In this document: piece after piece, positions 22,405-36,833 of the stretch
Layout: every line of letters starts with the position of its first letter
Position numbering within the stretch: position 1 is the stretch's first letter
Assembly: GCA_054600435.1 (NCBI GenBank)
Contig: BAAIJX010000010.1
Span: 372,001 to 436,000 of the forward strand
Origin: Neophaeotheca triangularis
Taxonomy: Eukaryota
Reading direction: 5' to 3'
Length of the DNA stretch: 64,000 nucleotides
Translations under genes and position numbers: made by a program
The notes under the pieces: model-generated
Told to the model about the DNA's origin: nothing
Database searches by the model: none
What the model saw: only the letters and a program-made list of their open reading frames with translations

Positions 22405-25400
22405 GGGGCCATTGTGGGAGGGATATTGGGAGGTTCTACGAGGATATAGCACTGGGACCAGCCACCGCCAGCGGGCTGGACGGGGAGCTGGGGGGGCCTG
22501 GTGGCCGTTAATTCGAAGTGAAAGCGCCGCGCCGCGTGCTGCATTGGCTGGGCTCACAACTTCCAAGGAGGCACACTATCCACGGTCACGCGGGTCGAGA
22601 GAAGGAGCGGTCAAACTCTACTCTTTGGGGTAAGCAGGTTGGGGTGCACAGCTTGCAGGCGTACTGGGATTGTACGATCGAACTGGATGCAGGAAAAAAC
22701 TATGCGGATCAAAATCGCCGCAAACGTGCAAGAGGGTGACAGGCCACGTGTAACAATATCTCCAAAAAGGACTGCCCCAAGGCATTAATCTACAAAAACT
22801 GTTCGACTTGGACCATCGCTATCAAGTCTATGACCGCCTAGATAGCCATATCTTTTCAGACTCGACAGTACAAGTACATTTGACTGCGGCCGTGGCTGCA
22901 CCTGCCACTCGCCAACCGCGACGCCCGACGGATGGCTGCGAGCTCAGGACGTGGGACGCAGATGCTCTGTTTCCCCCGATGGCTTACTGCTGACTCTGCT
23001 ACAGCCAAATCAGGTGCTGCTCTCGGCGCCTATACCGATGGCGTGGGCTCTCTGGTCGACGCCTTCCTGAAACGCAGCTCCCACTCCCGGGGTCGTGTAG
23101 CTCAGGTGCTGGTGCTGACGGCGTTGACTCCCTGTTTCCGCGCATTCGAAGAATCCCAAGTGTAGGAGGGGGTATGGAAGCCCTCCTTGCGGGTGCCTGT
23201 GTAATGGGTGAGTGAGTCAGTGAGAGACTGGTATGGCTTTCCAATCTCATCCCGGGGTGACAGCTGAGGAATCGGATTCGGTGCGAGGTACGCGTGACTT
23301 TGACGCGTTTGGCAGAGGGGAGGACGAGATGTCGTGATGATACCGCCGGCGGCCATGGACCCAGACGCTGGCGGGATGTCTTGCGCCGTTCCTGGTAACG
23401 GCAAAGTTGATTGTAAGTTCTCAGGCGTGGCTATAGATCGCCAGCGATATCAGTTACCCTACTCCTATCTATAAGAAAGCACTGAGAGCGAAGAGCAGTA
23501 ATCTCGGCAGGATTGTGGTTCTTGGGGTACTGGGTCTAAGATCTCTTCTTCTTCAACGCACGGTCGACTCGATACCCTCCGAACGCCCTGGATCTCCGCT
23601 CACATGCCTTAAGCATGGCGCCCATGACACCGCATACATCTTGCCGCTCGAGGCAATCGACAACCCATCATTCGACTGACCATTGTTCACAAGAATTCTC
23701 GACCCTTTCAAAACGAGCAAAGACACACTGCCAACGGGACTGGCTGAGAAGCAGACTTTTTCCCAGACGCTCCAAAAACGAGCCGTAACCACGACCACCG
23801 CTAGCCAGGCGGACAGCCGTGTCCTGCAGTACCCCTCACCAGCGCCGAGAGCGTAGCACGTCTACAGCTGGACGAACAATTCCCCCGTCCCACAAGAGGT
23901 CTGGATTCTACTCCAAAGCCACCGCATGCCCGACTTGCTTTCGAGACTAATCGACAAGGCGCCGCAAGCCGGTTTCAGGACGACGGTCAGAGGCTTAGGA
24001 GTTATGCCGGCCTAGTCAAAAACTCCGTCGACTCGGATTTGGAAGTTTGGGAATCGTGTTTTGTCCATCGTTTGCGCGGAAAGCACTTGAGAGGCAGGCG
24101 CGGGCCACGAGAGGTAGGGGATTAGGGTCTCGCTATTTTTTCCGCGAGCCGTTGGCTGGAGAGAGACTGATGCGATGCGGCGATGATGCTAGGGGTGTGC
24201 GGATTCGAATACCTCTCCTGACTGCTGTCTCGGAGACTCGAAACGTCCGGGATAGCGCGTATGCCCGGCTTACCTGCTTGCTTACCTTCTTTCTGGATTC
24301 GGGGCTTTTGGGTTCGAAGGCGAGCTTCGGGGGGAGGTGCCAGTCTTTTTGATGTTGTCGAACGCGGGACGATTGGGTGACAAGAGAGGTCTGCCTGTGT
24401 TTGCTGGGTTCCTGCTGCTGCTGGAGGGGCAAGTCAAGACACTCGATAGATTCAGGGGAAGGGGGGACGAAGGAGCGGGCGAGATTTGTGTGGACGATGC
24501 AGTTGAGAGATTGGGGGCGAACCTATCAAGCTCGCCGGGTTGTGAGGCGCTGGCCATGTGGCGCCGAAGGAAGTGACTTTTTTTCTCCCCTCATGTGCAC
24601 GAGAGGGGATGTCAGTGTTGCCATACTGGGAATAGTGTTTATGGGTTAGAAGACCGGGGGCTGTGCCTATATACATTGTGATTGAATTGTAAGGCTTCTC
24701 GGACTTTGGCTTGGGTGGATAGATGGGAGCATTGAAGGGCCGAGAGAGGGGATCTGGGGTCATCGAGGCGGTTGGCTGTTCGATCTGTCTAGGGAAGTGA
24801 TGCCTGCGAGGGTGACTCGGTCGTGCTTGATGGTCAGGTGCAGCAAGTAGGCGTCGTAAGCGGAATTCCTTGACAAAGCATTCTAGGGGAACTCTGTCAC
24901 TCTGCAAGCTCGTACGGTATCTTGGAGTTACACCACGCCCCCGAGCAAGCCGTCTAGACCACCTGCTTGCACGCGCAGAGCCATGCCCTGCCTGGTCTCA
25001 CGTGGATGAAGGCGGCAAAGGCTTCTCAAGGAGTGTCAGCCGTCAACCCGAAAGGAAACGCCACCTTGGTACCTATCTGTCAAGACGAGAAAGTTAAAGT
25101 AGGTAGGGTAGTAGTACTTGCAGTTCTGCAACCCTCCTCTACGGTATATCCCCATCGAGCGCCTACAACCGGACCTCAAGCCGAAACTCTATACCCACTT
25201 GACACTTCCATATTCCTTGCCCGTCTCCGACTCTCCACCAATCGACAAAAAGGAAAAAATTAGTCTTCAACCCTCACAACTCTGTCGGCGCCTCCGTGAA
25301 ACCTAGTCTCCCGGAGACCGGCGGTAACTTGGCAAACGAAAGGGGCAGCGACAATAAAAAAAACCGACGCCAATCGTCTCACCTTGAGTCACACTTTCAC

Positions 25401-28400
25401 AAACGCCTTCGCAACACGAATCAATCATCATCATCCACGAGACCCTGCGGCGGACGTGCCGTTCTCTAGTCTCCTCCTTCCTAAGTACTGTGGCTCATCA
25501 GCAGCGAACAGCCACCAGCGAGCAACATCCGCGCATCCTCTCTCGCGCGCGTGCAGCAATCTCCTGGAAAAGCCATCAAGCAATGATGTCATTAACTATC
25601 TCCTGCACAAGTGCAAGCTCGCCGACCGGTGTCTAAAAAACCACCTACCTATCACCTGTACTGTACCTAGCAAAACCTTATCCCGCCTTCGCAAGCCGCA
25701 AACCTTAGGAAGCTCGGAAGGTAGACGGGACTCACGAGAGTCAGGGTCCAACGTGCCTCGCTTGCGGCTTGCGGCCTTGACACTTTGGAGCCACGGGTAA
25801 GGTATAGATATGCGCGCGCGCGCGGGGCCGACTTGCGCCGACGGCGCGCGGTTTTTTGTTGCGTGACTCGCGTGCCGGAGGGTTGGGGACTTTTACTAGG
25901 TACTAGCTGTGCTTTTTTGTTTTTTTCGCGCCCGCTGGTGTCATGGCGTGCAGGACTGCAGGCCCCAGGGTGCTCGAGGCATCGGGGGGGGGGGAAGGGG
26001 AGGGTTTCGCAGTGGTCTCAGGTTTGCGGCGTGCCGATGGTGGGGGGAGAAGAGCGGGGCGATGGATGGTGCTAGGATGGATCATGGGGGGAGTTTGGCC
26101 GTAGGGCGGAATGTGGGCGGATTTGCGGTTGGTTGGGTCTGACTCTGACTCTGACTCTTGACCACCTTTTGATCGTCTTTGTTCGATGGAGGTGCTGATT
26201 GGCGATGCAGGCGAAGGCAATAATGGCATGATAATGCATGGCGTGTGTAGAGTGTGATTTGATGTGATCGGCCGGCACTGCGGGGTTGGTGTTGTGACTT
26301 CGGTTAGGTAGGTGCTTCTTATTTACTCACTACTGAGGCTGAGACAGAGAGAGGTCGGGTGTTACTGTTGGACTTTGGATGTCCAAGTACGCGTCGGTAC
26401 TGATCGTTCCATGTTCAGCTACCAAGGTACTAGAGCTACAAGTTACATACATACATACAGTACTGTAGTAGTAAGTGGCTGCTCTCTTCCAGGCCAACAA
26501 AGCTCTCATTAATATCCAGAATGCCCTAGTCGGCAGGCAGCTAGGCGAGCGGCTACGACGAGGATGCTAGTGCAAAAAGGGGCACTGCTAAAGGTACCCG
26601 ACTCTTTCAGCTGCAGGCAGGGGTCGCCGCAGTCTGCAGAGAGCAGTGGTGGTGCAACTGCAGACACCCTAGGTACCTTATCATGCAGTGTGCCCACATC
26701 ATCATCGACGGTCGCGAGGTCGCTATGTGATCGCCTGATACTCACGGCGGCGATCTTCACAAAAGCCGAGAGATGTGCGCGAAAATTACACTGCATACCG
26801 TAGGTATATACTATTTGTACGGTACCTTTGTACACCAAGTAGTGAGAGAACCCTTTGAACACGTGCTCTGGCAACCGGATTGGTGTCTTTAACGTTCAGG
26901 TCCCTGCGCTGCCCTCCCCTCGCGCAAGCTTGCGTTGTGTGACAGTACCTGTAATGACTGGGTACCTCGATTTACAGTTACGGTACACACTCGATCAAAG
27001 GTCAAGCGCTTCTCGCGGCTCACCACTCCCCCACATCCGACTGTCAGTCTGTCGGCTTTTGTTTGGTAGGTACCTGCCAGCCATTCCAAGATTCGAGATT
27101 TTGCGAAAACAACGCTGGGCGGCTGGCCGGCTGGCTGGTGTTCTAGCTGGCTTGGTTGGTTGGTTGGTTGGTTGGTCTTCGCGATTAATGCCCGTTGCTT
27201 GAAATCAAATACTTTGCTTGGCCTTGAATCAGAAGAACAAAAAGACGTTAGGTATCGCTTGCGGCTTGGGGAAGGGTTTCGTGCCGACCCCACAAGAAGG
27301 GGACGAGACTCACGAGAGTCGGAGACCGCTCGCGTATTTTTTGGCTGATTGTTGAGCGTACCGCTGGGCTGTATCTTGATTATTTTTATTGTCATTATTG
27401 ATTGCCATCTATGAGTTCAAACAGCCGAAGGGTCTTCGAGATTACTGTTACTGCTGATCGATCGTTATTGGTGGGGTTTGCCTTGCTTCGATATGAAGAA
27501 ACGTCGGCTCAATCTCGTCCCTCGGTACTGATTCGAACAGTGTTTCGACAAAATATGTTGGAAGCGGGCACTCGCCACACGCACGGTATACTGCAAGCCA
27601 CAATAATGGGAACGATGCGGAACATGTTCCCGAGGCGTGCGAAAGCGAGACAGGATCAGCGTTGGGAGGTGGTCGATAATAACAATGTGGTTGTCAGCGG
27701 TCAAGGCCTCGGCTAGGGTCTAGAAAACGGGCAGTAGCAAGTCAGTGAAAGGAGGTTGATCACGGCTCACGAGTAATGACGGGGACTTGTTCCGTTAATT
27801 TGCGACGGATCTTCAATCGCGTATGATGATGACTTGTTGCGAGTCGTCGTCGAACTATAGGAATCTAGATAGGGCACGGTGCTAGCAAGCTCTCCACTAG
27901 ACCCCGCTCTATGTTCGAAGGACACCTGCATATCATCAGATGTGTGAAATTTGAATGATGCATGACCGTCGGCTCGCTTACCCAGCGGAGCAACACTGTA
28001 CCCTGCGAATGGTACGCGACAGCACCTTAATCCGTTTGTCTGTCTGTAGCCTGCAGCTCTTGGTGTACCTGACCATGTGGACTGTGGACAGATACCTTAC
28101 CGTTAAGGACAAGTTACGGTACCTTGTATCCTCGCGTGGCCACGACATGACGGGCCCCGCGAGGCATGAGAGTTCATAACTTTAACCTCACAACCTCGTC
28201 TCGGTTCATGCTACCCGAGCGCCCTTGTCGTAGGGGAGCGTGTCCGCTTTTTTTCCTACTACTAGTACTATCGCTTCAGATTTGATTAAATGATGAGGTG
28301 GAGACGGTAGTTGGTGACAAGTCGATCTCCGCCGGATGAGATAAGTGTCTTCTGCCCTTACCTTGTCCATACTACTACGCATGCCAAAGTAGTGAGTGTA

Positions 28401-29043
28401 GTGGTGGAAAAACAGCCTCCCTCTTTAGAGACTAGGCCGCGATGATGTTGGCATCTAGAACAAACCAAGGATGGCGTACGATGTTTTTAGTTTAGGTGTA
28501 GCCCTAGAGGTACGTACTGTAGACAACGTGCATTTACATCCAAGGTAGAGTCAGACCTCGTGTCCGTACCGTACTCTCATCAAAATCGGGACCCTAGCTT
28601 GAGATTATTGTTTGATGTCTGCCACGCATCGCCGTCGGTAGGACGTACATCGCTAGTACGGTGTACGTACTGTCGGTACAGCTGCATAAATAAGCAATTA
28701 AAAAAAAAAAGAGACCACCCCTGTTTTCCTCTACCTTGGCTTTGGCATGGATACTAGGTACTGAATGCCGACGAGTGGGCAGACCGGTAGAGACCCGACA
28801 GCCTGGAGTCGCTCGTCAGTAGTACTCAAGTACTAGTGGTCGATGGCCTTCTTTTCTAAGCTTGCTAGTGGCCACTTCTCTCATCAATCATCATCACGCC
28901 CATGCCCATGCCTATGCCTATGCCTATCCGCGTCCGCACCTCATCCCAATAATACCTAGTAATTTCTAAAATATTGAGCCATCCGTCGTGCCCATCCCAT
29001 CATCGTTGACCTACCTACCTACCTTCTTACCCTTAACTTCCCT

Positions 29044-29081
<38 letters not shown>

Positions 29082-29094
29082 TTACTACTACTAC
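29044..29094. repeat. (ACT)n microsatellite upstream of the Zn2Cys6 TF
   Basis: About 16-17 near-perfect TAC units with one interruption. Confidence 0.9.
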
Positions 29095-29692
29095 CCACTA
29101 CTACCCACTACTAAACCCAACTACCCCCACCTCTACCTACCACCTTACTTTATCTTACCCTACCCTCCCCAACCTTACCAAACTCTCTCGCCTGTTTCAT
29201 ATCTGTCTCTTTACAATCCGAAGAAAAGTTAACTTTACACCTTGGAAACCACATCCGACTCCGAGTCCGCCGTCTTCGAATTTTTCTTTCGCACTCCCGA
29301 AATCTTAACCTTCCAGCTGCCTTGAACTTTCCCTCCCCACCCACCTTTGTCCAATCAGCCGTCTTCCGCGTCTTTTCTCTTTGTACGACCGCGACCGGAC
29401 TTTCACTTTTCGCCATTATCATTACCATCAGCCACGACCTTGAGCCGCATTCTCATTGACTCGGATTTCCGCTGTGTTGCGGTGTTGCGGTGTTGCTTTG
29501 GTGCTGTCCTCAGTCTCCTGACTTGCACAACGACACACTCGGCTCCATCGCCTGACCTCGGCACTTGAACAAACGAGCAAATCCACCTCAGGCTGGAGCA
29601 AGCCATTCGGAGCGCGGCCTCTGTGCAGGCAACACCGTGCATGGCCAAAGTCCATGGTTCATTGATCATTCTCACTAAGCCCGGCGACGACC

Positions 29693-32587
29693 ATGTATCC
29701 CAACTCTTCCTCGCAACAAGAGAGTCATAGAGGGCCATATGCTCCCGATCATCGCTATGGCTACAGCAATGAACAGTCTCCTGCTTACCGAAATACGCCT
29801 TCGAGACCTTTCGAATTGCCTCGTCCCTTGGAGCCTCAACCAACACACAGCTCTGCTCACTCGTACTCTGATGTCTCGGGTCCGCATAGACATCGCGATT
29901 CCTTTGGTAGGATAGGCAATGGCCTGCCCAAGCCTAGGCCTTCAAACCAGAGCTTACCCGGAGTGCGAGACATACTTCATCCAACCACCACTACAGAACA
30001 ACGTTCAAGCACTTTCGCCTCCCCGTGGACACCCTCCAACTCCGCGCCTTCCGCTAGCCGACCAAACAGCGATGGCTATTATCCCCAACCAACTGTCCAT
30101 CCTCCTCTGGCCATTCCCCCGCCAGCTGAACACCACGGGGAACCCCACCGTGCTGAAAATCATCGCATGGAACTCCCGATTTTGGAAACCCATCCGGTCG
30201 AGAGGGCAGTCGAGAGGAACCATGCTCCACCACCACCTACTTCGCCATACCGATATCAAGAGCACCCCCGCGACTACATGGAAGCGCGCAGCGAACGACC
30301 GCGCCAAATGTCAACGAGCTCTTACGCTGGAATGAACAGCCCGTATACACCCAGCTCGGCCAGTGATGCTTACCAAATGGCACCCCCTTCGTCATACGAA
30401 CGGACTGGTTCCGCCGCGGGTGTGGCACCGGAGATTCAGAGAAAGTACCTTGGCATCCACGACGTTCCAGGAGAGGGAAGATTTCACATGTACGAAGGAG
30501 GCTACCGTACACCGACCCACGTTGACGGCGACTATGTGAACCCACAATGGGGCCTCACAAAGGCGAACAAGCCTAGGAAACGGCTGGCGTTGGCGTGTCT
30601 TGATTGCCGTGAAAAGAAGATCAAGTGCGAGCCTGGTCAGAACGCTTGCTTGCAGTGTGAGAAGACCAAGAGGGTCTGTAGACGGTATGTTATACCGCAA
30701 CTTTTCTGCCCATGACACGGCTGACCTTCATCTAGCGCTCCGAACACTGCGCAGCCACTTCAGCAAGGCGAGACCACGCCGAGCACCGCCTGGTCTACGA
30801 GCACTGCCACACCTATACGTCCAAACGGCGGCGGACAGCCCTCGGGGCCAAATGCCAAATCAGATGTTCCCGAGGGCGAGCCGGACTCTGCTAAGCGAAG
30901 AGTGAAGGACGTACTCCCAGCCGAGGAAGGTCCTTCGAAGAAACACCAATCCGCATCGCCAATGGCGCTTGCCGAACATTTACCACCAGTCTCGAAAACC
31001 GCGCCTCGCAATCCACAAATTCCTGCACACTCGAGTCCGTTGGAACAAATGCGCGGTGCCCTATCCATCGACGTCGATCCCATGTTCGTCGAGCCCGAAA
31101 CGTCGATGCACTTGCTAGATTGTTACTTGGAGCACGTTAATAGTGCTACGTACGCCATGTTCCCGCGACACTGCTTGAGGCGCTGGGCCGAGAACTGTCA
31201 CCACAAGTGCCAAAACGAGATCATGGTGCTTTACGCTATGCTCGCAGTAGGCTCGATTTTTGCCGACTCTAGCTTTGCTAGTTTTGGGAAGTTTTGCGCT
31301 ACCATTGCCGTTGACATAGTCTCGAGCAAGCACGGTCGCTTTAGCCTTCCCTTGGTGCAAAGCCGATTGCTACTGGGACTCTTCAACTTTGCCAAAGGAA
31401 AAGAAGGTGCTGCTTGGGATTACTGCGGATCGGCCATTCGCGCCATCAGCGGCTTGAACTTCAACCTCGAACGAGACTGCCACGACGATTCTGCGGCTCA
31501 AATACATCCTCGTCGAGAGTTTGACTTCACCAAGGAGCAATTGACTGAGTGCAAACGCCGTACGTTTTGGGCGGCTTTCTTGATGGACCGATATAACGGC
31601 TTTTGCGGTGGGACCCTGTGTATCCTACACCCGGACGATGTCTTCATCAAGCTGCCGTGTGACGACGAGACTTACGAGAGGGGCTTGGCCTCGCGAGCAC
31701 CAAAATACCACAACGGCATTACCAACGCAAACGAAACAACCATGAACTCCGAAAGCCCTGTCGCCCCCGTCGCTTGGCTGTGCTTGATCTCCGCCATTTG
31801 GGGCGAAGTCATGACTTTTATCTACAGAGCTCAGAACCGACCGCAAGATGACCCCGCAGGCTACAAAGAAGCCTACGAAACATTCTACCAAAGGATCAAC
31901 ACCGCCATGCAAGGCTGGTACAACAGACTCCCGCCTTACCTAACCTACAGCGAACAAAACCTAGACCGCAGCATCCAGGCCGGCTACCCGGGCACTTTCA
32001 TCTCCATCCACGCCCTCTACCACTTCACCCAAGTCCGCCTCAATCGTGGCGTCCGCCACTCGCTCGTCCCCGAAATCGTGCCCCGCAACATCCGCACCGC
32101 GCACACCCACGCCCACCGCTTCCTGCAACTCATGTGCTCCGTCGGCACTTCCCGCCGCGAGATTCTGCACCCCATGCCAGGCCAATGCCCAACCTGGACG
32201 CTCTCAACTCCCTTCTCAGGCTACGCGCTTCTCTGTGCTGTCGACGTCGTCGGCGCCGGCGGTCTCGATACGAACCTCGGCGCGACACTCGAAAGCATCA
32301 AAGGCGCCCTATCCTGCTTACGCGAATTGAAGCAATTCTGGGAGAGCGCCAAAGAGCAATCGCGCGATGCGGAAAAACGTTGCTACCAAATCCAGAATAT
32401 TGTCAAGAACCCCATGAAGGCGAAGAGCGGATGTTGGCTCGGTAGGTCGTGGGGCGTGGAGAAGGCGCTTGCGCTGGATACGGATTTCCCGCCAAAGGAC
32501 GATTGTATCTATGGCGTGGAGAGTCGGGTGTATTTCGACGCTCTGAGGGAGGGCGTGCAGATGAATGGTGGTTCGAGGGTTGCTTGA
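29693..32587 (+). CDS. Zn(II)2Cys6 transcription factor with fungal-specific middle homology region
   Basis: Exons 29693-30684 and 30736-32587 (GTATGT..CTGAC..TAG; the join stays in frame). Zinc cluster CLDCREKKIKCEPGQNACLQCEKTKRVC; middle region ECKRRTFWAAFLMDRY..LPC. Confidence 0.93.
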
Positions 32588-32752
32588 GCGGAGGGGTTCA
32601 AGGAAGCGAAGGGAGCTTTTTTCGGACGGTTCCTTCTTTTCTTTTCTTTTTTTCTTTTCTTTTTTGGCTTCCGCCGGGACGTGTATAACGGACTTTGTCA
32701 TTGCACGATTCGACACTTCACCGGCGGGTTCAATCATGGGAGGCCGGCGCAG

Positions 32753-32970
32753 CTTTGGTTTGGGATAGGGACAATACACAGCAACAGGACGGAAATGGCC
32801 CCCTGGGAACCAGCGATGATAATCTTCAACTTCGGCTTTTTCTTTCTAAAACATCTATTGTCTTTGGTTTTGGGATAGGGGCAATACACAGCAACAGGAT
32901 GGAAATGCCCACTGGGAATCAGCGATGACAATTTTCAACTTCGGCTTTTTCTTTCCAGAACACCTATTGT
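32753..32970. repeat. Direct tandem duplication, 2 x ~109 bp
   Basis: 32753-32861 and 32862-32970 align along their length, with roughly a dozen differences, mostly transitions. Confidence 0.92.
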
Positions 32971-33526
32971 ACAATTACGGGCGGGCTTTTGTCACGGTCG
33001 AGGTAGCACGGTCGAAGCTTAGGATCAACCGCACTGTCGTGTCGAACTTGCTACTTTCATACCGTTCTATCCCATCTCATCCTATCCCGTCCCATCCCGA
33101 GCTTTTTTTGTTTTTTAGCTTGTTCGTTCGTCCGTCCTACCGCTGCTGGAGCAAGCAAGCAAGCAAGCAAGCAAGGAAGGCTCGTGGTTGGACACGACTC
33201 GGCTCTCCTTCAGCAATCTTTCTCCCTTCACCCACCAGCTTTCCGCCTTTCTCGACCCGTCTACTGCACCCACGTACTGCAACTATAGGACTTTCTTTGT
33301 AGGCTACACTACTTTACCTACCCTAGCTAACAGCTGGCGGCTAACAGCTGACAGCTGTCAACAGCCTTTTTCCCCTACCGGCGGGGCTGTTGCCTACTTG
33401 CCTCCCTGCCTGCCAGCCAGCCAGCCAGCCAGCCGCTCTCGAGACCCATGTTCATGTCGTCCACACTGTGGCGAAACGGCACGGCTGTTGGTCGTTGTTG
33501 TTGCTTCTACTAGTCGGCTGGGTAGC

Positions 33527-33610
33527 TACATACATACATACATACATACATACATACCTTCAAGTCACCCCATCTCCATCTCCATCTCCATCTCCAGCCA
33601 GCCAGCCAGC
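33527..33610. repeat. Microsatellite cluster: (TACA)n, (CCATCT)n, (CCAG)n
   Basis: Seen directly in non-coding sequence. Confidence 0.85.
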
Positions 33611-35694
33611 CGTCCGCGCACGGATCCGTCCGTCTCGCCCTCTCGCTTTCTTTCTTTCTTCCTCTCCTCCAGTCTCTCCTCCAGTCTCGTCTAGCTGGCA
33701 AGCTATCTAGCTAGCTAATAACAACAAGACACGCAGGACAGGCTGCCTTAAGCCTGACAAGCTTACTTACCTTACAGTAAAAGTAGGCGCTTTACTTTTT
33801 TCGAGCTCGCTGCCTGGATACTGCGCGCTCGCTTGGCGGGTTGTGAAGACTAGCTTACACTTATCAAATGGGGTTCTTTTTTTGGACGGGGTTGTTGGCG
33901 AGGTGTGTCTGGGTGGTTGGCGCAGAGATGGTTGGAAGGAGTGGTGTGTGTGTATGCATGTAAGTATGTATGTATGTATGTACCTGTGCTGCGATGGGTA
34001 CGTACGTGGGTTCGGGACGAAAGAGACGGGATGGGAGGGGGGAGTAACCTAGGACCTACCTAGTTGGTTGATTGTGTGTGTTGTGCCACCAACAAGACGC
34101 AAAACGCACTAGCCGCCCTGCATGAACTGAACTACCTAGGTATATATTACAGCCGGCGCTACTGCAGCAGCGACGACAAAACAACCACGTTGAAATTGAT
34201 AATTTAAAAAGGGACGAGGGCTGTGACAGGGATGCGATGCGGTGTGTCTTGTGTGTCGAGATTGCTACATACATTCAATATTGATATTGCGCCATCTACG
34301 AGGCCGCTTGCGCACAGACTCGGATGTTTGGCTCCCGGGACGGCGCTGCATTAATTGTTCTCGTCGCTCAAAACTACTAAGACGTAGTACTGTCCAGTGT
34401 CGAGACTCGTGGTGAGACGAGGTACCGAACATTGATTGCTTTGCCGGGTTGATGCCTCCAAAACGTGCTGAAGCGAGAGCTAGCTCGGTTCTCTTCACGG
34501 CAAAGTATCGTCTTGGCGTCGCTCGCCTACGAATGCATCGTCACGTTCATCGGTGCTGCTGCATGACAAGCGTGCATTCCGGCAAGGTCGTCAGCCGAGA
34601 CAAACCACAATAAATCGCGCTGTCAGCTCTAGAACCCCCCTGCGTGGTTCGCAATCCTTTGCCTGCCGAAGCGCATTTTGGCCTGTGCATGACTGTGCCA
34701 CCTGGGGTCTCAGCACGTCGACGGCACGTACTTTCCTCGAGCCGCGCTGAGCGCCCAGGATACGATCGTTGATCATTTCGGTAGGATCGGGTTGCTTTGG
34801 TGCCAATAGGGATTTTGATGTAGGCCAGAGGCTTGCGGTGGGTGATCTTTTCCTGATTTGATCCTTCTCGGGAATGCATGGGAGTTGTTGGTTTGTGTTG
34901 CCTCGGCAAGGGTTGATGCATGTGACACGGCATAGGCGTGAAGATGCGACCGCCTCGGGTCTTAACTCTGAGCCGGCATGAGCATGTGGTTAACCGGCCG
35001 AGATCGACAAGACACGGCTCGCGAGCGGAGTTGACTCCGAGATTCGTGAGCGTCAGGTGAACACCGCTTTCAACTTGCCGTGTTGCTGATGTTGCGGACT
35101 GTGGCGAGAGGCTCAAGTACCTAGATTTGGCGGGAGCAGCGCATGTGACATGAAACAGGAAGCTCATTTTGACAGGGAGTCTCGTTCGTTGCGTCGTGAA
35201 GAAATCTTGCATGACCAGGTCGCAGTCCAACTCGTATTGGTGCTGATCCTCTTCAGCCTAGCACACTAGGAGACACACTTGATCTGCGATGTGTTAAGTC
35301 CATGTTAATTGCTATCCATCCCTGTCGTCTTGATGCCTCAAGTACTGAGCAAGTCGTTACGACGAAAAGTCCGTGTTGATTGGTCGTGGGAGGCCTTTCG
35401 GTAGGCCACAACGGTTGGCGAACCTTGGTGTACAAGTTCTCTGCCGCCGTGAAGAATCCTTTGAACCTGCAAGTAGACAAGTGTACCGATACAACCTGAA
35501 AAATTGCTCCCCGCTTGAGAGGGTCGCTTGCCTTGACAGCGCCCTTGCCGAACAACTGACCCCTTTGCATCGCGTAGTAGTGCATTGTAGTAAATTCCCA
35601 ATTTGCCATCGGCAAACACGGGCTGGACTAGGATGCGACTGCGTGCCTCCGACCAGTGCTGTTATCAGCCGGAGCCAGAGACATTTGCAGCTCC

Positions 35695-36833
35695 TCAAAC
35701 CGTAACAGGCCCTCGGCCAAAAACAGGCAAATCCCCATCTTGACTACCTTCAGCACTCTCCAGCCCATCCTGCAAAGCCTGCTCTCGGGTAGCCCTCCCC
35801 TTCTTATCCTTCTCCACAATGTCAAGATGTGCAAACTCAGCACGAGCAATCTGCACATTCACCCTTGCGGTATTGAAAGCAGCCTCATCACTCGGCATGA
35901 CAACGGCGAGGTTAGTATTCTCGGTCAAGCGCGTGATGAAGAACATGAAAGCCCCGGTCTTGATCTGCATTTCCGCGAAAGCAACCTCGGAGGGCAAAGT
36001 CCCCGTGTGCTTCGCCATGCTGTGCTTATGCGTCTTGAGAATGCTGGACAGTCGCTCGAATCTGTCGGTGTAAGGATTGCGCTGCTCGCCGCCGCGGGTG
36101 ATGTGCGTGACGACGAGACACGTGGTGCGTTCGTACAGGATGAGCTCACGAGCATCGAGGAGCTCGGCGAGTTTTTGGAGCATCGTCTCAATGGTGCTGG
36201 CGTTGGGGACTAGAAAGTAGATGACTTGCGTCCAAGCTTTGTAGAGGCTTTGGTCCCAGATACTGGTTGCCCAACATTCGACCTGCTGGTCGGCGGAGAA
36301 GCCTTCCTCTTCGCACGCCCGGCGAACATTCTGCACTTTCTCCGCGAAAACTTGCGACTTCTGATCGGGAGCGATTAGGTCCATCTTGTGGATGAGAACA
36401 AAGATCTTGCTGTTCGGACTGAATTCGTAGAGTGCGCTCAGTGTAGATGAGAAATTCAGCATGTCGGCAGCCTGTTCTCTGGATGAAATGTCGAAGACAA
36501 AGATGAAGACCGCTACCGAAGCGAAAACGTGAGAACGCTGGTTCGTGAGGTAAGACTCGACAAACGAGTCCTGGCTGCATTCTGATCAGTCTCCACGACA
36601 TCATTCCCTTGACCGTAGCCGTGACAATCTTACCCTCCGCAATCCCAGAGGTTCAGGGTTAGGTTTCCCATGAACCTGATGTTGCTGTGCTCAACGTCGA
36701 TCGTGGCACCTAACCGCCTCACGTCTTTGGCGACGTAGTTGCTGAAGATGATGGACTTCATTGATGATTTCCCGGCTCCCGAGCGTCCCATCAGCATTAC
36801 CTTGCGTTGTTTTTGCCGCTTTGAGCGCTCCAT
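35695..36833 (-). CDS. GTR1: Rag GTPase Gtr1 (RagA/B)
   Basis: Exons 36833-36634 and 36574-35695. Motifs: [42 protein letters not shown], and a roadblock C-terminal domain. Confidence 0.96.

Noticed and set aside
24282..24557. 91-aa Ser/Pro-rich ATG ORF
   Set aside because: Low complexity, no known motif, and no downstream exon could be joined convincingly.
34547..35230. 227-aa minus-strand ORF
   Set aside because: Non-ATG start, random-looking composition and no motif.
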